Of a DNA stretch of 40,682 bases, positions 8,190 to 15,552 are shown one piece after another. The notes below the pieces were generated by a model, which was not told the DNA's origin, made no database searches, and saw only the letters and a program-made list of their open reading frames with translations. The position numbers and the translations under genes were made by a program. The stretch comes from a virus (lineage: Duplodnaviria > Caudoviricetes): the IMG/VR virus record IMGVR_UViG_3300044898_000091, positions 1-40,682 of that record. The stretch is one strand, 5' to 3'. Positions within the stretch are counted from its first letter, which is position 1. Each line of letters opens with the position of its first letter.

Positions 8190-8890
8190 TCGCTCGAACG
8201 TGCGCCCGCTAGTAACAGGCGCACACTCGAACGTACTAGCTTATATGCCGTCCATTCTCTCATGCCCCGCTCCGCTGTCCAGTTCCGCACTGGTCAGAAC
8301 TGTGGTCGGCTAAAAGGACACGGCTCAGGGACACGCCTCACGTGACGGCGGCGGACTATCGTGACGGCCCGCAGGGCTGTTCGATAGCCCGTAACGACGT
8401 TCGTGAGGCGTGAGCTTCAGGCACCAAGGTCGTCCAGGCGCCCACTGTGACATTCGTGCATCGGTAGGTTTCAGTGAAACAGTGCAGCCTCGGGCGCAAG
8501 GTGACGGTGGATCGTCCGCCACCGTTCGTCGCAAGTGCCGTTAGGCCGCGACCTAAACATATCCGTGCCCTCGCCCCCGAGCTTTAGCGAAGAGGGGCGA
8601 ATGGGCTGTGGGAGCCGTCCGCGGCTTAGCGGTCCCGCTGGCGGGAAGAAGAATTACCCACAATGGATATGTTTAGGTCGCGGCCGAATAGGCGCGCGAA
8701 CGGTGGCGGAAATGTAGGAATTGCAGGCATTGTCAGCGTAGACACAGTTGTAGGTACAGTGAGTAGGACTGTGGAAGGGGGTGTAGGTAGGCACTGTGAA
8801 GGGTGAATGTAGCGCGAGCGATCGAAGCCGAAGGCCAAGACCGGAGGGCTTGGTGCGAAGCACGAGAGCGCGGTCCCTAAAGGACGCGCC
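8190..8890. other. Highly structured non-coding locus (ssDNA origin/promoter or ncRNA candidate)
   Basis: Perfect inverted repeats 8544-8564/8665-8685 (21 bp), 8515-8528/8697-8710 (14 bp), 8332-8342/8402-8412 (11 bp), many nested hairpins, no credible ORF. Confidence 0.75.
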
Positions 8891-9150
8891 TAGAAGGTCC
8901 GACGCTCGTGCTGATTGGCAAGGAGTTGTCGGGCACGGTCGTTAGGGTTCCAAACCTTGAATTCCTCGCGCATGAAGATCGTGGTGGGACACAGAGGGTC
9001 CAGGCACCGGAACCAGCGGGAATAGTAAAAGGGCTGCTTGAGCACCTTGGAATTGATGTCCTTATGTTCCCTGACCTCGGAAGGTCCGTTGCCGCAGCGG
9101 GGACATTCGGGGCCGTTTGTTCCCATGACGATGCAGCGGTTCTTGCTCAT
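8890..9150 (-). CDS. Small Zn-ribbon-like protein
   Basis: CPRC...WFRCLDPLC; ATGA-coupled to the replication gene. Confidence 0.7.
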   Translation of the reverse strand: MSKNRCIVMGTNGPECPRCGNGPSEVREHKDINSKVLKQPFYYSRWFRCLDPLCPTTIFMREEFKVWNPNDRARQLLANQHERRTF

Positions 9151-9650
9151 GGAAGGGTAGACTTCGGGGGAAGGATGCCCCTCGAACGTAGCGTATCGCC
9201 GATGGTACGGAGATGTGTCGCATTTCGTATTTCCTCTTTAGAGGATGCTTTCTTACTTATCTTATCTTCCTTACTTCCTTTAAGGCGAGTGGTCGTCGAG
9301 GGCTCGTCGAGGATGACCCGAGGAGATGAATATTTCGGGTATTTCGGCTTCGAGGGGCGGTCGATCCGCTGGTGTTTGAAGAAGTTCTTTATGTACCAAT
9401 ACTGCTTGCCGTCATACTCGAATTTGACGATTTTGCCGATCTTCTCAAGCTCGTCGAGTAGTTCGCGAGTGTTCACCGAGTCGTATGGGAATACCTGAAT
9501 TTTTATCCAGTCTGGCCGGTCTGGCAGGGTTGCGTAATTGTCGTCGCAGATGCCCCACAGCCCCATGTAGAGCAGTCGGGCGTGGGGCGAGACTGCGCTT
9601 ACCTCTTCGTCAAGCCAGAAGTCTGGATTGAGCATTCGGTTACGCGCCAT
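9147..9650 (-). CDS. Phage replication initiator / replisome organiser (N-terminal wHTH type, short C-terminus)
   Basis: MARNRMLNPDFW.DE...ARLLYMGLW..CDD...IK.QVFPYD...NF.KHQRIDRPS family motifs. Confidence 0.8.
   Translation of the reverse strand: MARNRMLNPDFWLDEEVSAVSPHARLLYMGLWGICDDNYATLPDRPDWIKIQVFPYDSVNTRELLDELEKIGKIVKFEYDGKQYWYIKNFFKHQRIDRPSKPKYPKYSSPRVILDEPSTTTRLKGSKEDKISKKASSKEEIRNATHLRTIGDTLRSRGILPPKSTLP
9230..9325. other. Candidate replication origin inside the initiator gene
   Basis: TCGTCGAGG repeats (9293, 9304) beside a strand-asymmetric AT-rich CTTAC/CTTAT/CTTCC tract, as in lambdoid origins. Confidence 0.45.
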
Positions 9651-9652
9651 AC

Positions 9653-9725
9653 CTCACAATCATAAAAGGCAACACGCCGCCGCGAGGAAGCATGTCGCCT
9701 TTAATAAGTATGAGATTCTCGCGGC
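9653..9725 (-). promoter_or_regulatory. Structured 5' leader (pseudoknot-capable) of the replication gene
   Basis: 13-bp stem AAAGGCGACAUGC/GCGUGUUGCCUUU with G-U pairs; its loop CUCGCGGC is complementary to upstream GCCGCGAG. Confidence 0.55.
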
Positions 9726-9772
9726 TCACCACTGCATGATATCACGATGAAGAGAGGGGTCGGGACCGGTTG

Positions 9773-9781
9773 TGTGGATAA
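9773..9781. promoter_or_regulatory. Consensus DnaA box (TGTGGATAA)
   Basis: Exact reverse complement of TTATCCACA, between divergent promoters upstream of the replication gene. Confidence 0.5.
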
Positions 9782-9799
9782 GTTGCGTATACTGAATAG

Positions 9800-9901
9800 A
9801 TGGATTTCAATACCGAACGTGAACGCCAGAACATCGCCTGTTTCGTTCTAGGACTGATCAGTGGTCTTTTTATCTGGGCGCTGCACTCGCTTTTGATTTA
9901 G
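9800..9901 (+). CDS. 33-aa single-TM peptide (MDFNTERERQNIACFVLGLISGLFIWALHSLLI)
   Basis: Read by hand; ATG 6 nt after TATACT (9788-9793); 20-residue hydrophobic stretch. Confidence 0.5.
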   Translation: MDFNTERERQNIACFVLGLISGLFIWALHSLLI

Positions 9902-9976
9902 ATGTTTCATTGGCACACCCACTGTCTCGTCCACTGGTCGAAAGTAAAAAATTGGCAGCGGACGAGGCGCTAGGTA

Positions 9977-10168
9977 CTACGTGCGTGTGCCGGCGACAGT
10001 GATCCCGCCAGCTTGGTAGCGGCGAATGAGCGCCCAGAGAGCGCCACCGATGATAACGAGTGTCTGGATGGTGGTGCCGAGCGCGCCGCTGTCAACGTCG
10101 ATGCCGAGTTTCGGGAGGACGTAGACGCCTATGAGTGACGTGATGATGCCGAGGTACGTTTGTGACAT
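9977..10168 (-). CDS. Putative holin (two TM helices)
   Basis: 63 aa, two hydrophobic segments, basic C-terminus, directly after the endolysin. Confidence 0.65.
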   Translation of the reverse strand: MSQTYLGIITSLIGVYVLPKLGIDVDSGALGTTIQTLVIIGGALWALIRRYQAGGITVAGTRT

Positions 10169-10175
10169 GAATGAA

Positions 10176-11396
10176 TTAGGCCAAGAGATTCTTCATTGGC
10201 GCTTCGACCGACACGCCTATCTGCTTGGCGACATGGAGAGCGTACAAGCGCGGATTGTTACCGTCGCTTGAAGGGGCGTAGTCTTCAAAGAATTCTGTGA
10301 TGGTGCGGTCGGGATGAGCGGCGATTTTTGAGCGTACGAGATTTGTGAGATAGCGTAATCCGGTCGCGTAGTCTTTGAAGATGGCAAAGTTCTGCGGATC
10401 GCGGCCGACAACACCGTATGACGGGTCGTAGCCGACGGATGAGTATCGGCAGTTGCCGGGGTTGTTGTTGCGATAATTGCGGTCGCCCGGGCCGCCTTCG
10501 AAGTCTCGGATTGCGGTGCAGAATGCTTCGAGGAGGTCCGGTTTGGGCGCAGGAAGTACAGGAGCGGGTTGAGGAGCTGGCGGGGCTACAGGAGGCGTAT
10601 AGGCGGGTTTCTGAGGCTTCAGGAGGGCGAGCCACGCCTGTAGGACGGTTACGAGCCGTTGGAGGAATGAGACCTGCGTTTGATAGGTGGATGTCCTCAG
10701 TGCGTAGCGCTTGATGAGGTCGGGCTTGTGATCCCAGATGACCTTCTTGTGCGTGGCGTCGTAGCTGTCGAAGACTTTCCAGAATTTCCCTTCCTCATAT
10801 CCGTAGCAGCAGACCCAATGATGGTCGCCGTCGCTCGGTCCCCGGTGTATCCAAATGCCGTTTTCGTCGATGCCGTTGTAATCGACTGTCATGCCGATGG
10901 GCGAGTAGCGCAGTGCGTCCATCATGCTCGTGGAGTCGTTAGGCACCCAGTCATGCAGGAAGTCATATGTTTCGATGAACGTGTGCGCCGTGTCTGAGAC
11001 TGGCTGCGGGATCGGCGCGTAGTATTTCTCGTACGTGTCGATGTCGTCGCTAAATGGCCAGGCTTCTTCGGGCGGGCTGCCTACTTTGCGTAAGTATTCG
11101 GCCACGGTGTGCGGCGAGTTGCCGTGCAGCGTTTCGGTACCGCTGACGTTGGCAAGGAAGCGGTCTGAGTAGTTGTCGGTTCGGTTGTTGAGTTTGCGGT
11201 TGAGGATTTCGAGGCAATTCAAGGTGCCGAACGTGCAGCAGGCGAACGTCTCGATGCCCCGGATGTTTTGCAGTTCATCGTATGGAAGGTAGGCGTTCCA
11301 TTGGCCGTCCGGTTGTACCGGAGGAGCGACGATCTGCAAGTCGCCGAAGATGTAATGCTCAGGAAGGATTTTATCTTTTATGAGGCCGTAGTTCAT
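10176..11396 (-). CDS. Putative endolysin: papain-like cysteine peptidase + Pro linker + lysozyme-like domain
   Basis: Q...ACCTF, HHWVCCYGY, WKVFDSY peptidase motifs; FEGG...RNNNPGN...FAIF...YAP..DGNNP..Y C-terminal domain; flanked by small TM genes. Confidence 0.7.
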   Translation of the reverse strand: MNYGLIKDKILPEHYIFGDLQIVAPPVQPDGQWNAYLPYDELQNIRGIETFACCTFGTLNCLEILNRKLNNRTDNYSDRFLANVSGTETLHGNSPHTVAEYLRKVGSPPEEAWPFSDDIDTYEKYYAPIPQPVSDTAHTFIETYDFLHDWVPNDSTSMMDALRYSPIGMTVDYNGIDENGIWIHRGPSDGDHHWVCCYGYEEGKFWKVFDSYDATHKKVIWDHKPDLIKRYALRTSTYQTQVSFLQRLVTVLQAWLALLKPQKPAYTPPVAPPAPQPAPVLPAPKPDLLEAFCTAIRDFEGGPGDRNYRNNNPGNCRYSSVGYDPSYGVVGRDPQNFAIFKDYATGLRYLTNLVRSKIAAHPDRTITEFFEDYAPSSDGNNPRLYALHVAKQIGVSVEAPMKNLLA

Positions 11397-11605
11397 ACCA
11401 ATTTTTGGATAAGGATAAATAGAAGCGGCAGTAGGAGGACTGTAATGAGTGTGAGACCGCCCGTGATAAACCAGCGCCAGTTTTCAAGTTTGTTGACGCG
11501 GCCGTTCGTCATTTTGGCCTGCAATTTTGTCTCTTTGCCGTCGTCCCTGATTTCCTCAAGGAGCTTTTGCATTCCATCGCGGTATGTCTGTTCTTCGTTG
11601 CGCAT
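11393..11605 (-). CDS. Small membrane protein, holin/antiholin-like
   Basis: Coiled coil, TNGRVNKLENWR, single C-terminal TM; ATGA-coupled to the endolysin. Confidence 0.6.
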   Translation of the reverse strand: MRNEEQTYRDGMQKLLEEIRDDGKETKLQAKMTNGRVNKLENWRWFITGGLTLITVLLLPLLFILIQKLV

Positions 11606-11608
11606 AGT

Positions 11609-13366
11609 TCACTTTTTTTCGAGCGCGTCGATGCGTTTTGTAAGGTCGTCGATCGTGTGCTGTTGGTCTTGGACTGTCTTGACCAAGAGGGACGTGACGC
11701 CGTTGTAATCCACGCCGTTGAGGGTGCCGTGGTAATAAGAGGAAAGCACGGGATCCACCGTGTTCACGTCCTCGGCGATGAAGCCGTAACGGTTCTCGTT
11801 GCTCGCCCTGTCCGTAAAGGACACGGGATTGAGGTGCATGAGCAGATCGGAGGGGAGCGCGAGCGGCTTTATATTCTTCTTCAAGGCGCGCAACGAAGAG
11901 CAGGTTGATATGGTGTCGTAGCCCGTATTGGAGGTCGTATTATAGCAGAGCGTGTTGCCCGTAGCCGCCGCCAAGGTGAATATGCCGAATTGTCCGCTGG
12001 TATCAAAAACAGCGTAGTTGTTGCCATTAACCTGTATATTGAATTTTTGGTTCGTCCTCGTGCCAAAGAAGGCTTGGCCTGAGCTATCGGTGCCGCCGCC
12101 GAACTCAATATCATTCGTCGAGTCCCGCATCGCGAAGCGGGCATTCCCCGCGATGTTGAGATACAGCTGTGCACCGACCGTGTTGGCATCGGTGCCCGCG
12201 CCCACTTGGAGAAGGGCGCTGTTAGCGTTGGTGCAGCTGATGCAGACCGGCCCATTAGTGAAGTAGGCGGAATTGCTTACGGTCTGGGCCGTCGAGGAAG
12301 CAAACGGGGTTGTGACCGCTTGGGTCGCGCCGGCCGTCGCAAACGCCGATCCGGTGTAGTAGACGGCGTTGTTCGTCGTCGTAAATGACGTGGCGTTCGT
12401 GCCACCATTAGCAATTGGAAGAGCGGTGCCACTATAGGTCATGGCGAGAGTGCCGCTTGTCGTTATCGGGGAGCCGGATATTGAGAAGATGGAAGGGACT
12501 GATGCGGCTACGGATGAGACGGTGGCGTTAGAGGTATTGCAGGTGGAGCATCCAAACGAACCGGTCGCACCGCCGACTTGGGCGCCGATCGTGCCGGAGA
12601 ATGTGATAGGACCACTGACGCCGAGCGAAGAGGTTGCGACTCCGTATACCCCCGATGTGCCGTTAGAAACGAGGAGGTTGCTGGAAAACGGCTGCGATGT
12701 TGTTGCGAGGCCAAGCCACGATATCGCACCTCCTCCTGTAAGGACGGTATGGGCGGCACATAAGAGAGGTGCGCTGCAAGTTTCCGATGATGTGGCAATG
12801 TCTGCGAACGTATTCACGCCCGTCGAGTAATGGACACGTCCGGCGGCTAGCCCTGAGGAGGTCGCGAGACCCGCCCAGGAAATGATGGGTGCTGTACTGC
12901 CCGATGAGAGGATGGGCCATGCTCCGGTAACCGCGGTGAGGGTGCCCGTGCTTGCCGTGGTGCATGACTCTGCGTTACCGCCTGCATCGACACCCAGCGG
13001 ATAGTTCCCGGCCGAGCAATTCGTTCCGTTCGCCGCAAGTGCTGTGGCTGTTCCTGCATTACCGCTCCACGCGCCAGCAGTCGAAAGCGAGACTGCTCCG
13101 TTACTCCACGAGAGCGGTGAGCTGTAGGTGGTTGTGGCTACCCATGTCGGTGCGGCGTTTAAATAGACGAGCTGGTAACCTTGCGTGGCGGCCGTTGTGG
13201 TGCCAATTCGCGTCGTCCCGTTTCCGATCAGAAGTGTGCCTGCCTTCAGTGCTCCCCATCCCGTACCGCCCTGTGGGACTGTCGAAACGGCGAGCGCGGA
13301 GGCGAATTGGATAATACTGAATATCGTTATGAACAGAGCGACGACGAGAAGTGCAAATTTACGCAT
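11609..13366 (-). CDS. Fibre/spike-like protein with C-terminal S74 intramolecular chaperone and N-terminal signal-peptide-like sequence
   Basis: CSSLRALKKNI...LNPVSF...YGFIAEDV...VDY....LLVKTVQDQQ..I..L S74 motif; start MRKFALLVVALF... at 13366 overlaps the upstream stop by 8 nt. Confidence 0.8.
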   Translation of the reverse strand: MRKFALLVVALFITIFSIIQFASALAVSTVPQGGTGWGALKAGTLLIGNGTTRIGTTTAATQGYQLVYLNAAPTWVATTTYSSPLSWSNGAVSLSTAGAWSGNAGTATALAANGTNCSAGNYPLGVDAGGNAESCTTASTGTLTAVTGAWPILSSGSTAPIISWAGLATSSGLAAGRVHYSTGVNTFADIATSSETCSAPLLCAAHTVLTGGGAISWLGLATTSQPFSSNLLVSNGTSGVYGVATSSLGVSGPITFSGTIGAQVGGATGSFGCSTCNTSNATVSSVAASVPSIFSISGSPITTSGTLAMTYSGTALPIANGGTNATSFTTTNNAVYYTGSAFATAGATQAVTTPFASSTAQTVSNSAYFTNGPVCISCTNANSALLQVGAGTDANTVGAQLYLNIAGNARFAMRDSTNDIEFGGGTDSSGQAFFGTRTNQKFNIQVNGNNYAVFDTSGQFGIFTLAAATGNTLCYNTTSNTGYDTISTCSSLRALKKNIKPLALPSDLLMHLNPVSFTDRASNENRYGFIAEDVNTVDPVLSSYYHGTLNGVDYNGVTSLLVKTVQDQQHTIDDLTKRIDALEKK

Positions 13367-14231
13367 ATATGATCGTGAAGGGTAAAGCTGATAATTCGAC
13401 TGGCAGTGCTGTTCCAAATGTAATTGTACTACCCGCAATCGAGTAATCGGATGGATGAATGAATTGACCGTTGATAGCGAAGCTGAGGATGGTCGTAATG
13501 GTGTGCGCTGTCGTGTAAGTGGTGTTCACGCCGTCAACGGTGCCTGTCGGTGTCTCGGTGTAGATGGTTCCTAAGCTGGCGCCAGGGATGGTGACGGCAA
13601 TAACGCCGCCTCCTAAATCAGCGACGGATACGCCGGCACCGATGAAATCGAGAACCTTCACGTCAGAGGCAAGCAGGACATTCGAGCGTTGAATTGCGAG
13701 CTGCTGCGCGCCGCCCCATTTACGAAAGGCCTCGATGTTAGGACGGTCGCTGAGTTCGTCGTAAGAAATCCTGCCTCTCACTTTCGCGATGATCTGCTCC
13801 GGCGTATCGGGTGAGCCGTCTTTTCCCGGGTCGCCCTTATCGCCTTTGTCTCCCTTCGGACCGGGAATGCCTGGCTCTCCTTGTGGTCCGACAATTCCTT
13901 CTGCTTGCGGGCCTATCGGACCAACGTCACCCGTGTCGCCCTTTTCCCCTGGGTCACCCTTCTCGCCTTTTAGTCCTTTGACCGTGACGGTGTCTGCGAC
14001 GGTCTGCATGCGCTCGTCCTTCGCGGCGCTCCCTGATTTGATTGCGTCTACAATTTCTCTCTGGCCGAGGGCTATTGCTTCAAGGATTGGCTCGGGGTTG
14101 TTCTTCTCGTTCTGCTGGATGAGTGTCTCGATGCCCTTTTCGAGGTTCACGTTGTGCTGTCCGTTCTGCACGAGCAACGCTTCAAGCTCGGGCTGTGGTT
14201 GCGGGGCTTGTGGCGTGTTTTCGGGTGGCAT
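13359..14231 (-). CDS. Collagen-like repeat virion protein
   Basis: Gly-X-Y tract (GEKGDPGEKGDTG...GPKGDKGDKGDPG); C-terminal ETPTGTVDGVNTTYT beta domain. Confidence 0.8.
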   Translation of the reverse strand: MPPENTPQAPQPQPELEALLVQNGQHNVNLEKGIETLIQQNEKNNPEPILEAIALGQREIVDAIKSGSAAKDERMQTVADTVTVKGLKGEKGDPGEKGDTGDVGPIGPQAEGIVGPQGEPGIPGPKGDKGDKGDPGKDGSPDTPEQIIAKVRGRISYDELSDRPNIEAFRKWGGAQQLAIQRSNVLLASDVKVLDFIGAGVSVADLGGGVIAVTIPGASLGTIYTETPTGTVDGVNTTYTTAHTITTILSFAINGQFIHPSDYSIAGSTITFGTALPVELSALPFTIIYA

Positions 14232-14276
14232 GGTAGGGTTGTGTTGATGACATTTTTCCTTATCTGCTGTGCGGCG

Positions 14277-15551
14277 CTATTGCTGGCTTGGAAATAGCTT
14301 GTCGTAGCCCTTCTTAATCAAGCCTGCCGCCCCCACTCCTAATGGGAGTAACGCTTTTTGCGCGGCGGGTGCAGCCTTGCTGGCAACATTAGCCAAAGCT
14401 GCTGCGGCAGACCGCGCCCGCGTTCCGGCTACGAGCGGAGCTATTTGATTTCCGGTAAGGACACCTACGCCGGCACCCACGGGTCCGCCAAGTACGTTGC
14501 CTACGCCGCCGCCGACGATCGTTGAAATGATCTTGCCCAGCATTCCTACTTCGTCACGGCTTTCGGCGGCTTTGAGAAGACTGCGCGCATTGATGACTGT
14601 GCCGTACTCCTTATTGAAGTCGGCTGTGGATTTCCCCTCGATGCTTAGGCCGTCGGTTGCTGTCTCAACGTGATTTTTAAATACATTACCGATGGCGTGC
14701 TCGACATCGTCAAGAACCTTCGCACCTGCTTTGTTATACGCGCCGTCGAAAGTGCTTCGCTTCAGCTCGTTCAATCGCAAAATCGGAATCTTCTCACGTA
14801 CGAATGTTCCGGCCTTCGTGAACAGTTGCTTTGCATCGTCAACCTGTTTGACGACTGCTTGGTAGTCGCGGGAGTTCTTGAAGGTCGTTTTCAGCCCTTC
14901 GAGGTCATCGACGATAGCGCTGCGTGATGCCGAGATACCTGTGGCGGTATTGTTGGTCTTGAGGAAGTTGTGCAGCTTGTCTTCCATCGAGTTGTAGATA
15001 TCAGTAACTTGGTCGAGGCGCTGGGATGGATTTCCGATAACCTTGTTATTTAGAAGCCATTGAGTGACGCCGTTGAGCTTCTCGCCAAGGTCGCGTTTGA
15101 CGGCAGGCGTGAGCCGCAAGCTAGCTCGTTCTAGTGCGTTGGCAATTTCAGGTGCCTTCGTGATTGTTTTCGCGCCTGCGCCCAGGAACGGAATTAGGAG
15201 TTCACCGATCTGCTCTGTGTTGTAGCCCGTCTGTTGCGCGCCAGATGGCATCATAGCTGTGTTCGCCTTATCGACCACGCCTGTTAATTTGCTCTGACCC
15301 GGAAGCTGCAATCCAGCGGCAGGTAGGCCTATCGCGCTCGCGGCCATGCCGGGACCTTGTTCAACCGCCAGTTTTGCGAGGCCGGTTACATCGGAGCCGA
15401 CGCCCTTCAAGGCGCCGACCGCAAAGTTTTTTACGTTATCGAGTGCTGATGTCTGAGGTGTGGCTGTGGGTGGAACGTACGGCGTGAAGCTGGGTGTCGC
15501 TCCCGTTGCATTTTGCGGAGCTGCGGGAGGAGCGTACGGGGTGAAGGCCAT
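14277..15551 (-). CDS. Putative internal virion / DNA ejection protein
   Basis: Ala/Gly-rich helical protein with repeated N-terminal FTPY.PP and a GxxxG-rich segment; position after tail genes. Confidence 0.6.
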   Translation of the reverse strand: MAFTPYAPPAAPQNATGATPSFTPYVPPTATPQTSALDNVKNFAVGALKGVGSDVTGLAKLAVEQGPGMAASAIGLPAAGLQLPGQSKLTGVVDKANTAMMPSGAQQTGYNTEQIGELLIPFLGAGAKTITKAPEIANALERASLRLTPAVKRDLGEKLNGVTQWLLNNKVIGNPSQRLDQVTDIYNSMEDKLHNFLKTNNTATGISASRSAIVDDLEGLKTTFKNSRDYQAVVKQVDDAKQLFTKAGTFVREKIPILRLNELKRSTFDGAYNKAGAKVLDDVEHAIGNVFKNHVETATDGLSIEGKSTADFNKEYGTVINARSLLKAAESRDEVGMLGKIISTIVGGGVGNVLGGPVGAGVGVLTGNQIAPLVAGTRARSAAAALANVASKAAPAAQKALLPLGVGAAGLIKKGYDKLFPSQQ

Positions 15552-15552
15552 A

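Noticed and set aside
8325-8863. Short ORFs within the structured locus
   Set aside because: Shared peptide (GRDLNIS) merely reflects the inverted repeat; no start signals or operon coupling
8190-8890. Retron msr/msd or group II intron reading of the structured region
   Set aside because: No reverse transcriptase motifs (YADD etc.) in any ORF of the window
8908-9498. Plus-strand 196-aa ORF and the many other antisense or shadow ORFs over phage genes
   Set aside because: Opposite well-supported genes, no motifs, expected in GC-rich DNA
13367-13438. N-terminal extension of the S74 protein in the ORF track
   Set aside because: Overlaps the collagen-like gene out of frame; T-ATG at 13366 matches the element's start pattern
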